This document shows positions 1 through 58,738 of a DNA stretch of 64,000 bases, piece by piece. Source of the DNA: Lingula anatina (Eukaryota > Animalia > Brachiopoda). Positions within the stretch are counted from its first letter, which is position 1, and every line of letters starts with the position of its first letter. Location of the stretch: the NCBI GenBank assembly GCA_051362555.1, contig CM120649.1:9238001-9302000 (forward strand), in the 5' to 3' direction. Position numbers and translations under genes: made by a program. The notes under the pieces are model-generated. The model ran no database searches and had not been told where the DNA came from. It was given only the letters and a program-made list of their open reading frames with translations.

Positions 1-3000
1 GTTACGGAGTAGTAACAGATGGTTAGGAGTAAGAGCGTCACAGTCATTTGAGTCAGTGCTGACTTTTGTCATGGGTCTTCCATTTATAATGCTTTCGCAC
101 TCACATAAAATTGTTTGTAATACCCAATCAGATAATGACTTGGTAGACACATTTGACAACAGTGCTGTCAGTATTTTTCTGACAGTTCTTATCATGCGTT
201 CCCAGATCCCTCCATGATGGGATGCATGTGGGGGGTTAAAATTCCACTCGACGCCTCTGCGTCTTGTTTCCCTAAGTATTTTACTCTTGTCGAGCTGACG
301 TAAGCTTCGCGCCAGCTCACTTTGAGCACCAATAAAATTCGTGGCATTGTCACTATAAAGTTTGGAAGGACATCCTTTTCTCGCGACAAAACGGAAAAAC
401 CCATTGAGAAACGCGTCGGTACTCAAATTTTCCAACACCTCAATATGCAACGCCCGTGTTTTGAAGCAAGTAAAAATGCATCCAAAACGCTTTACGTCAG
501 AACGTCCTACTTTCACAACAAGTGGCCCGAAAATATCGATGCCGACAATATCAAAAGGAGGCCCCCCTGCGCTGCACCTGTCCTCGGGCAAATCCGCCAT
601 TTTCTGCGACATAGGTAACGCGTAGAGCTTTTTGCAGATTACGCAGTTTTTGACGATTTTCTTCACCAAATTTCTTCCATCGACTATCCAGTACTTCCGA
701 CGGACAATACTATGGGTCCACTCAGTTCCCATATGTGCTCCACCGTGAAAGTCGCGAATGATTGAAGAGCAAATTTTGTGAGATCTGGGCAAAATGGGGG
801 GCTGTTTACATGCTAATGATGAATGAATAAGCCGACCGCCAACAACTAAAATCCCGTCCTTCACAATAGGAGATAACTTGTAGATTGCACTCGATCGCGA
901 AATAACGCCGGACTCACTCAAAGATTGAATTTCACGACCGAATACTTCGCTTTGGACTGCTCTGAAAATGGAATCTTCAGCTTCTTTCAACTCGGATGCC
1001 GTTACGTTCGTTTTTATGATGTCTTTTCCACGAAGATGTCTTTTGAATCGTAAAAGCCATGCCACAGCTTTGCAAAGCTTGTAAAAACTGGAATAATGAT
1101 TCCATAACTTTTGTAAAGGTGAGACATCTCTTTCAGATACGGCTTTCTCAAGTTGTTCACTGACAATGCATGTGTGGATTTCAAGATCATTAGAAATGTC
1201 CCGAGAGGACTTTGGGCAGGACCATTTTGATCTGAATTCCGATAAAAATGCAGGACCCTTCATCCAATTTTCAGGCATTTCATCAACATTGCTTCCTCGC
1301 GATAAAATATCGGCTGGATTGGATTTGCCGGGAATCCGTCGCCATTGTTGCACACTGGTATTTTGTCTTATGTAAGACACCCTATTTGCCACGAACGTTT
1401 TGAAACGCGTAGTTTCATTTGCAATATAGGCCAACGCGACCTCACTATCACTCCAAAATGTAGTAGGCAACAAAGGTACATCCATTTCTTCGCGGATTAA
1501 CCGATCAAGGTCAACAGCGACAACACATGCAGTAAGTTCCAGTCTCGGTATAGTGACTTGCTTTTTAAAGGCGCTAATCTGCTTTTAGCTACCAATAACG
1601 CAATACGGATTTTGCCATCACTACAGACTGATCGAAGGTATGCACAAGCTCCGTAAGCCTTTTCACTAGCATCACAAAAAATGTGCACCTCGGCAGCATA
1701 ACTCGTCTCCGAAATAACACACCTTGGAAAATGAAGAGTGTGTAAATCTTTCAAAGATTCAATCCAACGTTGCCATTCAAGACTCAAGTCACCAGGCACC
1801 GGTGTGTCCCATCCTTCGCGCAACCGCGTTACCTTTTGAAATATCATTTTACCGCGTGTGATGACAGGAGATATCAATCCAAGAGGATCATACATCGAGG
1901 CAACCGTACTGAGAATGATACGCTTGGTAACAATCGCGCTTTCTTTGAGTCTGAAGATGTAATAGAAATAATCAGGCATGACTTCCCATTTAATCCCGAG
2001 AGCTTTTGCATGAGAATCGAACGCTAATTCTTTCACCTCTTTAGCTCTGTCATCAACAGGAATAGCTTTATTTAATTCGAAGTCATTTACTACGAATTGA
2101 GTGAGATCGAATCCGCCGCGGCTCACCGCGCGTTTTGTGCCTTCAATGACCTCACGAGCCTCTTTTCTGGTTTTCACGGATTTGAGCAAATCATCGACAT
2201 AAAAAGATTTCAACACGGTGTTTCTGATCAATTCTGTGACTTCATGGTCTTTTACTGTGCGTATTAGAGCATAACAGCTTGCGCTCCCTGACCACTTTCC
2301 ACCAAACAAATGGACGCGCATGCGATAGTGAACAAGATTTTCCCCGTCGCGCCATAAGAATCTGAGCGAATTTCTATCGCATTCGGGCACCATAACTTGA
2401 TAGTACATGGCCTTGATGTCCGCCATTATCGCGTATTTATGTTGACGAAATCGCAACAAAATACCTAACAGCTTGTTTATGAAATCTGGGCCTTGTTTGG
2501 TCTGAGAATTTAGACTAACACCCTGACATTTGCACGCACAATCATAAACAACTCGCAATTTCTCAGGTTTTGAGGGATTCAAAACATGTCTGTGCGGAAT
2601 ATACCATACTGTGCCGTCGCGCAGATCAATTTCATCATCTGGGACTTTCTCAACATAACTATCGGAAATCAAATCCAATATGTTGTCGTGATATTTTTCG
2701 TATAACCCGTCTTTCTCCAGCTTACGTTCTAAACTGTGTAAGCGGTTGATCGCCACGTTCTTGTTATACGGAAATTTCGGACACCCTGTTCTCCATCTTC
2801 TTGCGAGAAAGAAACCGCGCTCTCATTTTCGAGTCGCCATAAATTCTCAATATTTTCTTCAACCGAGAGAAAATTGACTGAAATGTCAGATGCCAACTTT
2901 TCATTTAACGGGCCGTTCAATGTCCAACCTAAGCGCGAACGAGACGCGTAAAGTTTCAAATTTCCGCTTTCATCGCAACGTGTCTCTAACGGCATGATCA

Positions 3001-4680
3001 AATGCGCGTTGTCCATTCCAATAATAATATCTGCGTGACCCGATCCTGTGTTACTGAAAGGTATATCTTTCAAATACGGATACGCATCAGTGTTAACTCG
3101 CGAATTCGCTCGCACACGAATTTGTGGGATAACTAACACATTTGACAAACAATAGGAGACATTCAAATCATGAACAGGTGACACCTGAAATGACACAACG
3201 TGAGATTTTGTACTTTGTGAACAACTCAACGTGTTCATTTGATAGTTCAAGCTTTGTGAGTGTTTGAGAGAAAGTTCATTTGCAAGACGTTCAGAAATAA
3301 ATGTTGAAGTAGAACCATTGTCCAAAAGAGCGGAGGCTATCACGTGTCCGTTTACTCTGACGGACACAATGGGCAGATTCACATGATTGGAATTAGAGTG
3401 AACACTAGCGTTCGTCACGGTGTCTGAAATGCCGTTACTTGCGGTTTTGGAGGACGACTTCTCACTTTGACCGAAATGAATAAACTTTGAGTGCTTACGT
3501 CCACAACCTGGCACAGTACACACAGTATTTTTCCGACAATCTTTAGCAAAATGTCCAGCTGAAAAACAATTGTGACATAAGCGATTTTGCTTTATGATAT
3601 CAAAACGAGCTTGAACGCTTTTTGCCTTGAAGACCTCACAATGAAACAAATCATGCGGCTGATGACAGACAACACATGGAGGGAGATCACGCTGAACAGG
3701 GGGTTCAAAAGGGGGGGTCAATGGGCCCTTGGGCGGTATAAGTAAAAGTACTAGATGACTTACGGCCAGGATGATATACAGGACTGTCCCCATAAACCGG
3801 GTCATTGGCCTCTGTTGCTTGTTGTGACACAAAATCTACAAATTGTGAGAATGTGGGATACCTTTTCTCAACACTTTTAATTTTGAGTGCTTTATGTCGC
3901 CATTTGTCTACTATCTTTACTCTACACCTTTTCACAATATCTAAGATTGTTTTTTGATTCTCAACTTCACTTAGCATGTCTAACTTTTCCAAAGTGACAC
4001 TAGCAACTTGCAAATCATCTGGCGTATTTACATTTTTGCCTGATTTGAGATCATTAATAATTCGCTGGGCTACTAAGTGATCATTACCAAATCTGGCCTT
4101 CAAAATTTCCCGTGCTTTATCATAACCCGATTCACCAATTAGAACACAATTTTTTATTGCATCTTTGGCAGCACCAGACGTGTATTGCAATAACCTGGTC
4201 AACTTGACACTTTTATCATCAATTTTGCTGTCAATAGTTTCGTCAAATACTGCACAAAAGCTATAGAAATCAGATGGATTTCCAGAAAATGTGTCTATTT
4301 CTGCTTTTGGTAATGAAAGTAAATTGATAAGTTTTTGCTCAGATAATTGTTCAGATTCACTTTCTGGTTTTAGACTTTTCATGTAAGTAACACCTGCTCC
4401 AATACCTCTTATGTAGCTACATTGTATCTTGTACCTGAGAAAACCAAGCTTCACTGGTTTCAATGTCAGAGTCAGTTTCAAGTAGAGAATGATACGCATC
4501 ATGACAGTTTTCAAAGCTTGTAAACACTTCTTTCAACTTACTAACGTTTGCGTCGACAGTCTTTGGTTCATCCGCGGCTATAGCACGCTCTATCACCCCA
4601 ATCACCCGTGTAACAGCGCCCTTCCGTGCCCTACGTGCGAGTCGCAGCTTCTCGATTTCTTGATCCTTGCTTTCACTCAT
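1..4680 (-). mobile_element. BEL/Pao LTR retrotransposon internal region (gag-protease-RT-RNaseH-integrase), frameshifted, running off the window start
   Basis: Minus-strand ORFs 4417-4680 and 3705-4514 (gag), 2729-3832 (three Cys/His knuckles, protease LLDNGS), 1497-2756 (RT SFYVDD, RNase H FCDAS..AYG); integrase segment RFVARKGCPSKLYSDNATNF near 310-390. Several frameshifts split the normally single polyprotein. Confidence 0.95.
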
Positions 4681-5065
4681 ATTGTAGTTTCTTACATGGA
4701 GATGGTGTCGTCTTAGGGGAATTCAGTTGTCCAATGTCTAGATTTCTCTTTTCACTGTTGCGGATCCCACATCAAAACAAACAAACGACGGGAAATGTTC
4801 ACACTTTATTTCACGCACACTGACATGGATATGGTGAAACTAAAAATAACAAAATAATGAAAGTCAAATACCAAACTAATTATACAAAATACACAAATAT
4901 AACATAAATTGAATACAAATATAAAAAGAAATAATAAATTAATTATAAAAAAAAAGAAAACGGAAATGTTGTGCAAATGATTAACAATAGAATTGAATAC
5001 AATACGTACAGAGAAATGTGGCTTTCCCGTCCAGTGTTGATCCACAAATTTTGCCTACTAAAACT

Positions 5066-5277
5066 TCAGACTCGACGACCTGAGCCTTCGCTCGTTAAAT
5101 ACAACGTGGCCGCGCCCAGAACTACTGCATACAGTATTTATACAGAGCAAATGATTTGCATAATAATAAAAGCTGACCAGTGATACGATTGTAAACGCAA
5201 ATTGTTGTCATAAGCGACAACAAGGTGGTTCATTGCCCCCATTATCGAAGATTTGGGCTCTTCAGTCTACCCTGACA
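5066..5277 (-). repeat. Candidate 5' LTR of the BEL/Pao element
   Basis: Minus strand starts TGTCAGGG at 5277, has TATAAAT near 5137-5143 and precedes the gag leader. The partner LTR is outside the window and no terminal CA is evident. Confidence 0.35.
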
Positions 5278-5640
5278 ATTGTCTATCAGAATACACTGCC
5301 AACATCTCGCCACGCCTTCAGCACCTGTCGATGACGCTTGAGGTGATCTGGCATTCCCTTATAGATATCGCTCAGGTGACAGTGTATCATCTCACACATA
5401 TCCATATATTGCTTTTAGGGATTTATCATTCCGTGGATTAATAGTTTGTGACTACTACCTTCCAAGTTATAATTAACTAATTTGTGTGCAACTCTATATT
5501 TTTAAAAGAAATATCTGTATACTTCACTTCGTTCTAAATCAGTGGTATACGGAACACAGATTATGTATCTTTCAACCAAAAATATTAACAAAAAATAATA
5601 ATAATAATAATAATGATAATTATAAATAATGCACCTTCTT

Positions 5641-5998
5641 TGGCCAGAACTTTGAACAGCTCAAAATTTTTGCCACGAATTCCCGATTGATCAAGAATTG
5701 CAAAAACTGACTACGATTATATACGAATCTGTTCAGAACTTCACGACCTGATTACGATTCAACCCCGGATCCTGAAAATTTCAATTCCTGGCGATTCGTG
5801 GGATTTGTGGTCTGTGTGAAATAGGGGCATCAAAGTTTTTGCCACCAATTCCTGTTGGTCAAGAAGTGCAAGAACTGACTACGAATATATACGAATCTGT
5901 TAAGAACTTCACGAACTGATTACGATTCAACCACGAATCGTGAGATTTGTCAATTCATGGCCATTCGTGGGATTTGTGGTCTGTGTGAAATAGGGGCA
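5641..5998. mobile_element. Two tandem one-ended fragments of a PIF/Harbinger-type MITE
   Basis: Two ~170-190 bp units each ending GTGTGAAATAGGGGCA (5829, 5998); reverse complement of the left arm of the complete MITE at 62865-63286. Confidence 0.8.
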
Positions 5999-6001
5999 TA
6001 A

Positions 6002-7050
6002 CTAAGACCACCAATATCAACACCGTCATCAAGGAAATAGAACAAGAGGGCACACCCAAGTACCTAGGAGTGAACGAGGGAGACGGCATCCAACACTCTG
6101 CCGTGAAGGAAAAGAGTGCTACAGGAGAGTGAGAATGGCCAATCGATTCGAGGCTATTAACACCCTAGACACCAAGACCAGGAAGATGCTGACCATGGAA
6201 AAGATGCACCACCCAAAGGCTGATGTCGACAGGCTGTAACTTCCAAGAGCAGAAGGAGGAAGAGGCCTGGTCCAACTCGAACTGTCCTTCAAAATGACCA
6301 CCGTAGGCCTGGACACATAGCTGACATCAACAGAAGACCCACTCCTCCAACTAGTGAAACATCATGAGAATAGAAAAAAGCTCTATTTGATCAAAAAGGA
6401 AGCCTCAAAATTCAAGCAGGAGCTGAAAATCCCAGAAAAACCACCAACCGAGAATGAAGCGACAACAAAGTATGCCCGCAGAGTCAAACAGAAAGCAAAA
6501 CAACATGGCCAGCTACAAATGTGGAAGACCTGGGAAGAAAAGGCACTACATGGGAAGTACCCAAAAAGGACCAAAGAGACAGATGTAGCCCAAGAAAAGA
6601 CATACCAATGGCTCAAGGCAAACGGACTAAAAGCTGAGACAGAAGGCCGCACATGAGACATTGCTGCACAAGACCAGAGTCTGGCCACTAGAGCATACCA
6701 CCATCACATCATCAAGGATGGACCTGACCCACAATGTAGGATCTGTGGAAGATATGAAGAGACCATTGACCACATTATCTCAGGCTGCCCAGAACTGGCA
6801 AAGACAGAGAACATTCACCGACATAACAAGGCAACAACCTACCTGGATTGGAAGATCTGTCGGGAATACAAGATCAAGACAGCTGACAAATGGTATGAAC
6901 ATCAGCCCAACACAGTCACTGAGAACGATGAGATCACCATCCTATGGGACATCCCCATACAGACCGACTGACAGATCAAATCGAATAGACCAGATATCGT
7001 CATCAAGAACAAGAGAAACAATGAACGCACCCTTATAGACATGGCAATCC
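6002..7050 (+). mobile_element. Degenerate REL-endonuclease non-LTR retrotransposon (R4/Dong-like), 3' part of ORF
   Basis: Across frames: KYLGVNEGDGIQH, LPRAEGGRGLVQLE, WEEKALHGKY, AAQDQSLATR, CCHC knuckle CRICGRYEETIDHIISGC, RHN, and NRPDIVI..LIDMAI endonuclease motif; stops and deletions. Confidence 0.85.
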
Positions 7051-8904
7051 TTGTAAGTATAAAATCACCATTATATTATACGCGCACCATTACTGCATCG
7101 ATACTGCCCTGAAGCAACTTTCTATTTACCGAAATTTATTATCGATATTATGTTAAAACTAGGCCACATAAATTTGATTAGTCGGCTTACGAGCCGAAAG
7201 AGCGGTCAACCCTTAATTGGAGAAAACAGAACTTTTTTCAAACTGAAAAATGCATCAGGTAAGCCTTTTGGTGTATTATGTGGAAAAAAATCCAATTGAC
7301 ATCAGGGAAACCCATGCTGATGTTCCTATTATATATGTTTTTAAATCACCTACACTTCGGATTTGTCATACCACTAAGAATAAACAGTATTTTATTTCAA
7401 TTCCGAGTCAATATTATAGAATTTATTTGCTATATATGCTCATAAGCCATATTTGAAAATTGAAAAAAAAAAAATGAAATTCGTCTACCGACCTTATTGA
7501 TATATACTCATATATTGTCTGTAAACCAACTTTTCAATTTTGTTTAGCCAGATTTTTCTAGGGTCTCAAAACCATTAATATCTCCGTTAATGTACAGGTT
7601 CTCTGTATGTGAAAGATCGCCTATGTTTAAGGTTTGTTTTAGGTAACAAATCAATATTACCCAAAAAGGTCGTTATTTAAAAAACTTTCGTTACTAAAAC
7701 CTTGTGACTGAATACAAAAATTCTTATACAAACAAGTCATAAAATAAAAAAAAATTCCCATGATATTCACAAAAAGATAGATTTATCACTTTCTGTCGCC
7801 TGAGTTACAGGAAAAGCAGAAATCGTGAAAATATTTTAAATTCATTCTTCTCCTTTCTGGGTTTTTTTTAAATGGACTTTTATATTGAGAATCAGTGTAT
7901 GCGTACAAATAAATAACACCTCGACGCGTTATCTAAGTAGCCAAAGCGATTAAACTCTCTAACCACAGAGTCCACTAGTAGTCTGTTACAAAATTATTGT
8001 GTCGGATATACTCTAATGTATACTTATTTAAAGGGCCTTGATATCTGAGGGAAATCAATGTTATAGTGACGACGACGAAATGTTGGAGCTTTCAAACGTT
8101 TATTCACCGACTAACTTTTCATACAAAGACAAGAGTATTCATACCCTATTTCTCTGTTCTATCACGCATTTACTTTTTTCTTTTTTTACATTGTCTTTTG
8201 CGTTATCACCAGAATTCTCCTTTCTCATTTGTCATCCTATCTTTCAATATTTGTCAACTCTAAGTGGAGACGATTTTAAAACATAATAACAACGCCAATC
8301 TTGCTTTTGTCCCAACGCATTTTGTCCCTTTGAAAAACAAAATGATTTCCTGATTGTGACAGTGTCCACAAATTTCCTCATATTGTGTTAGAGAAGATAT
8401 CGAGAGGCAGTGAGAAATGACTACTCCGATTTTCTCATATTTTCCTTATAATTTCTTAGTAATGCAAAATAGGCAAAATACGCAATCTTTAATTGTAATG
8501 GATTCACTAGAGTCCGCTAGAAAACGGGACTTAGACAGAGACTAAGAAAGTACACTGATATTAATATATTAGTATCGGCTTACGACGTTCTTTTTGTATT
8601 CACATAAGTAGGTTAAATTTCTGACCAAAAATTCAATGAAAGGGGCAGTCTAAAGCTTTTTTATGGCTGATCCAGTGATTAATTCAGTTTATCCCTTGGC
8701 ATGTCGCGACTTTATTTGAGTTGTATAAGAAACTTGTAAAAGTGGTTTATATGTGTTACTGTGAATAGACGCTCTACCGATGCTCGGTTCATGTATACAT
8801 GTATCTATAAATAAATGCGCTTCACCTAAAATTGATTCTTTTTCAGTAATACACCATTCCATGTTTTAAGTGTACTTTTAGTTATGAAGGAAATTCCCGT
8901 TTCC

Positions 8905-9501
8905 ACAGGTGTGCCGACTACCAACTTCGGACCGGTTTCATTTCGGGATCTACGATGTGACAACGTCAGTGTGTGTGATAACTAGGGTGTTTCTTCTACG
9001 GGGACATCGTCGATCTCCAACATTTGTCGTCTGTTATCTACGCAACGCTAGAGAGATAGACTTGTACTCTCCGACACTGCTGGGCTCTGTTATCACCGGC
9101 GCTCCTATCTATCGTGGGCTGCGTGTCTTCAGTGCTTCCTTGTGGATGTCGTCACTTCGCATTGTAATAGCAAAAAGTCGAGAGAAAACTCGATTTTTTT
9201 TGTGCTGTCTGAGCAATGGACAAACCCACATCCCTCTCCCTGAAATGTTAAAAAAAAGGAAAAGGAAACAACAGGGAGCAGGTTAGAGCAGGACGGCTCT
9301 CAGCACCGTTTTACATTTGCTTCTTCAAGGTGTTGCATGCTCTTAATCATTATAATTGACTGTTCTCAAAGGTTTTAATGTATATATGACGCATAGTGTT
9401 CATTACATTATTAATATTATCAACATCTTTTACAACTATTGATAATTAGCTGTTTGGTTATACAATGCCACAATCTATTCCCTTATAGTAGAATGTAGGT
9501 T

Positions 9502-9568
<67 letters not shown>

Positions 9569-12500
9569 TTCTTTTCACCTTTAGAGCCGTATAAAGGACA
9601 CGATAAACCCGATAAAGGTACATGTAGTCTCCTGTAATTGTCAAGGCCTGGGCACTCCGGAGAAGAGAAGAGATGTCCTAAATTTTTATAGAATTAAAAA
9701 TTACCATATTTTGTGTTTGCAAGACACACATTTTAGCACAGAAGATGAGAAACGAGCTGTTTTAGAATGGGGTTACAAGGGTTATTTAAACTCCTTTTCT
9801 ACAAATGCCCGAGGGGTGGCCATTCTAATTAATAATAACTTCGAGTTTGAATTTTTTAAAGAACAAAAAACAAATGATGGCAATCTCTTAGCGTTGGATA
9901 TTGGTATAAACAAAGTCTGATTTACTTATATTAACTTAGATTAACATATATGGTCCTAATAGAGATAGCCCAGATTTCTACGAACAAATACGACAAACTA
10001 TTGTCGATTTTAATAATGAAAACTTTATCATCTGTGGAGATTTTAATCTCGTTTTAGACCCGGTGCTAGATTCAAGCAATTACCGTCATGTAAATAACCC
10101 CAGAGCAAGGAAGAAAGTAATTGAAATAATGAATGATCTTGATATAATTGACTTTTTCAGAGTATTGTATCCAGGAGAAAGAAGGTTTACGTGGAGAAGA
10201 AGGAATCCGTTGAGGCAAGCTAGGCTCGATTTTTTCTGGATCGCCGATAACCTACAAAATTCTGTAAACAACATTGCTATAAATGCAGGTTACCGTTCTG
10301 ACCACTCATCTATAATACTAGAACTAAAATTAAATAAATTCATCAAAGGCAGGGGGACTTGGATCTTTAATAATACTCTCTTAAATGACGTGGAATATGT
10401 AACTAAAATTAAGGAAACGATATTAAAAGTTAAGAGACAGTATACAATCCCCGTGTATAATTTGGAACATATAGATGACATTCCGAACGAGTCTATTACC
10501 TTCATTATTGATGACTCGCTATTTTTTTTAAACTCTTTTAATGGAAATTAGAGGCGCGACTATATCATATTCCTCCTACAAGAATAAACAAGCCTTATAA
10601 ATTAAATGATACCGAAAAAGAACTGTTATAGGGAGAAATCTCCAAGACAGAACTTCTTATAGTCCTAAAGAGCATGAAGAATAACAAATCTCCGGGTTCC
10701 GACGGTTTTACAACTGAGTTTTACAAATTTTTTTGGTCAGACTTGAAAGAATTTATGATCAGAACGGTAAATGAAGTATTTCGTAAAGAAAGGTTACCAA
10801 CTAGCCAGAAACTCTGCATTATTGCTTGTATCACGAAAGGGGACAAGAATAGAAAATTTTGTTAGGTATTGAATTTACATTGAATTTGCAGGATATGATA
10901 AAAATTAATTTTGAACAGTACATCGTAAAAATTAAAAGAATGTTACAACAATGGGAAAGGAGACCTTTGACGCCCATTGGCAAAATCACTGTACTGAAAA
11001 CCCTTGTTGTACCCATGTTAAACCACCTATTCATTTCTCTTCCCAATCCAGATGAAACATACATCAAAATATTAAACGCAATGTTCTTTCAATTTATATG
11101 GGGCAAAAAGACGGAAAAAGTGAAAAGGAGTGTAATAACTGGTAATTATGAACAAGGTGGTCTTAAGATGTTAGATTTATTTGACTTTATTGCTTCTCTT
11201 AAATGTACTTGGATTAGAAGAATTTATCAGACAGACAACATATATGCTCCACTTCTCCAGGCTATTTTTGATCAAGATGTAATAAGTTATATATTTGCCT
11301 TTGGGAATGCGTATTTAGACAAGCTTATTAAGGACTGTAGTAACTGTTTTTGGAAAGATGTTCTGGTTTCCTGGAAAGTAGTGATAACACGCTTACTAGA
11401 AAGAAAAAGTATAATATCTGTGGAGCCGATTTGGTATAATGACAATTTTAAGATTGGAGGCAAGCCTGTGTTTATAAGAAAATGGTTTAACAAAGGCGTC
11501 AAAATTGTTGGCGATTTTCTTGAAAATAACAGAATTTTAACAAAGGAAGCATTTGAACAAAAATTTAGCCTGCAAAACTGGTGCGCTTACATTTTACGGT
11601 ATACGAAATTCTATTAAGCACAGGCTTATGAATAAAACACAAAACGATGTTCTTGAGATCAACTCTCACCCATTTTTGCCTCAAGCAATAGAGCTTCTTA
11701 TCAAACATAGTAAAGGCTGTAGAGACTTTTATCAAACTCTCTACAAGCCAGCTACACGAATGACAAATGAAAAAAAAATGGAACGCAAAGTCAAATTTTG
11801 ATGTACATTGGAAAGATGTCTATAAGAACTGTTTCGAAACAACAAAGAACACCAAACTGCAGTGGTTCCAATACCGCATAATACATAGGCTCCTGCCTGT
11901 TAAATCATATTTAAAAACTATAGGGATTGAGAACGATGACGTCTGTTCTCTCTGTGGCGTTGCCAGGGAAGACATTTCGCATACTTTCTTCCAATGTGCG
12001 TATAGTAAGAAAATTTGGGAAGAACTTAAAGCTTACATCTTTAACAGAACGAATAAAAACATTACCTTTAATGAAAAATGCATCCTTTTCGGCTATCCAA
12101 CAAACCCAAACAGCCCAATTAGCTTTGTTATTCTTTGTACGAAATTTTATATTTACAAAAGTTTCAAAAAGAAAGAATGTATGCGTCTTTATCTTTATCT
12201 TTATCTAAATTACATAAAGGATCAATTTATAATAGAAAGATTCAATGCATTAAAAAAGCTAAATTTAACAAACTTTGAAAAAAATGGGAAAATTGGTCAG
12301 ACATGTTTGAATTTAATTAGCTTCAACAAAATAATATATTGCACTTTTTTCTTGTTTAATAATCTATTGTAGTTTTGGTTGTATTCATTGTGGTATCGAT
12401 CTTTATTATTACTATTATTATTACACCTATTGTTCATGAGATTATAAACTTATATTCGTGTGTGTGAGAGAGAGAGTGTGTGTAAGAGAGAGAGAGTGAG

Positions 12501-12570
12501 TGTGCATTTACCATATTTAGGTATATGTACATTCTTGTACTGAAATTTTTTCAATAAAATAAAAAAAAGA
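8905..12570 (+). mobile_element. L1/Tx1-clade LINE, internally deleted
   Basis: APE endonuclease (SCNCQGL, LQDTH, GDFN, RLDFF, SDHS) ~9620-10350; KSPGSDGFTTEFYKFFW at ~10690; post-RT region and zinc knuckle CSLC..HTFFQC; AATAAA plus A-rich tail at ~12553-12570. The 5' boundary is approximate. Confidence 0.9.
9510..9564. repeat. (TA)n microsatellite
   Basis: Direct read. Further (TA)n tracts at ~15487-15554, ~16373-16444 and ~47311-47376. Confidence 0.95.
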
Positions 12571-14761
12571 AGTAATTAAAGTTAAAAAATCCTTTATAAT
12601 GGTTTGAAATTAAAGACTGGGAGTTCCGACAGATCGTCAGAATGTACCTGAGCAAACAACGAGTGAACATTAAAAAACTGAAACTGGTTATTGTTGTCAG
12701 CGTTGGATTTCCTCATAGCGATTTACACTTAAATATTTTGACCTCGAATCTGGGAAGTAGTATTAACGCGTTATCAAACCTAAAAGTATATTGTCCGTAT
12801 TTCGAGCCTGTTTGTAAGTTTTACTCATTGCTAAATTTTGTGCGGTTCCCGTCATCCAGTTGTTGGCTGGTGTCTATGCCAGAATTCCGGTATTCTATCT
12901 GACCTCACGTAGACGATTCCTGGCGGTGATCAATGGTCTCCTAACAGCAACCCCGCCAAAAATTAGGGGCGCATTTATACACATTGCTACAAGGGTTATA
13001 TAATTAATGCATGTATCCATCCTTACGGCCGTACCTTTTATTTGGCATATGTTTAAGAGAGCTTCTCTATAAGCAGTGTGTTTTGGGAGGAATTTCAAAT
13101 TTAGAATTTTAGATTTCGACAAATTTATTAAAATGATGCACAAAAATTATTTTCAATTTCATTTACCCCCCCCTTTTCTCATTGCCATGACAACAAGTGC
13201 ATTTTTCTTTGTATCCACGTCTCTGTTGATTGAAACATCAAGTAAAATTGTCTATTTTTATTTTATCACCCCCTTGTGTAGTTTTTGCATATATAAGATT
13301 GGCGTAAAGCAATATTCTAAATACACCGTAAATGTAGCGTAATCTCGAGCGGAATGATATCATGCCTAGCTGTAGGCCTACATGTCCATGCTGTCACATA
13401 CCCTATACCAGGGTGGCAGATTATATAGAGAAAATGGAAAAACACAGAGCCAAATGACTGTCTATTTATTTAGAGACATAGGGCCTATCTGTGAAAAATC
13501 ACTCTGTCGTTCTGGTAGAGGGTACATGTAGCTGTCATATAGGCCTACGTGTGAGATCCACTGTAGGCCTACTATGAACGTTGCAAACACATAATGAGCA
13601 AAAGGGGCAAATCAATTTTATGGTTTCTTGAAGGAATTTTACTCATTTAATGACTACCATTTTAGAAACAATGGAAATCTTATAAGTCGACCATTAAAAC
13701 TATGACCGGCTCAATTTCTTTTATATGAAAAAACATTTTATATGTAAGATAAATTATAAAATGATTGTAAGTTGACATACCCAAATTTGAGTATTAAAAA
13801 TCAACCTTTAAAAGATGAGAATTAAACATTCATTTACTTTGAAATCACTTTGAAGCTGGGCGTCAACCGGACAGTAGACCTACATTTACATAGGCCTAAG
13901 TGGGCCTGAAACTGCTGAAATCAGTCTTATCCTTTATAATGTATTCAACTGAATTTTTATTTGCACAACTGTCGACAAGTTGACCTCACATAGGCCTATA
14001 TAATTTTCTGGTTGAACTTCATTCAGTAGAGATCAAATTTGTCTTGTTTCGGAGAGCGGTCAAACTGCCAATTTCGAAAGTCCGGAAAAGGTTCTCAAGT
14101 CCAACTGTTTTTGGGTGCGTATGACTGTTAGTCTTAAAATATTTCCCGTGTGCATTGAAACATAAGAACTGTCTTTTTTAATTGTAAATTTGGATTAAAA
14201 ATAGCATTGCCTTGAATTATAAACGGCCAGTTGTAATTCAAGTGATGTAATAGCTAGCTAGCTTTATGTGCTTATGGTGAGCAATCAAAAATACATCCTT
14301 TTGTAATATCGAAAACCCATTCCTTTACACTGCCGGATCGGTAGTTAATTTTTTTTAATGTTTGTTTGAAAATAAAGTACTACATGCACATGTAGGCCCT
14401 ACCACCACTACCACTACTACTACTACTGTACATCGTAATACTATTACAGGGGCGGATTATTTAAAGGGGGGTCCGCGGATGCAAAGCCGACCCTAGCCCC
14501 CTCACTTGGCGTGGGGTTCGGAGCCTGCGAAAGTTTCGTATTTTAGAGAGCGAACGGTGCTATTTGGTACGGTTTAGAACTATGGTTAGCTTGTCAAATT
14601 CTAATTTGTCATAAAATCGTTGTTTCCTCACATAAAAAATACATTTAAAATGCTTGAGAAATAATATTTAACTGTCACAATAAGTATTTATTTATTTATG
14701 CCGACTGCAAAAACTAGGCCAACGCGTTTCTATTTTTGTCATCCATAAATAGGTCAACAAA

Positions 14762-58738
<43,977 letters not shown>

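Noticed and set aside
3705-4430. Programmed frameshifting between BEL ORFs
   Set aside because: BEL/Pao elements usually encode one polyprotein; four separate breaks, some at homopolymers, fit decay or sequencing indels better.
7155-7552. Possible Zator-like MITE (TAGGCCA...TTTAGCC)
   Set aside because: Termini too degenerate and no convincing TSD.
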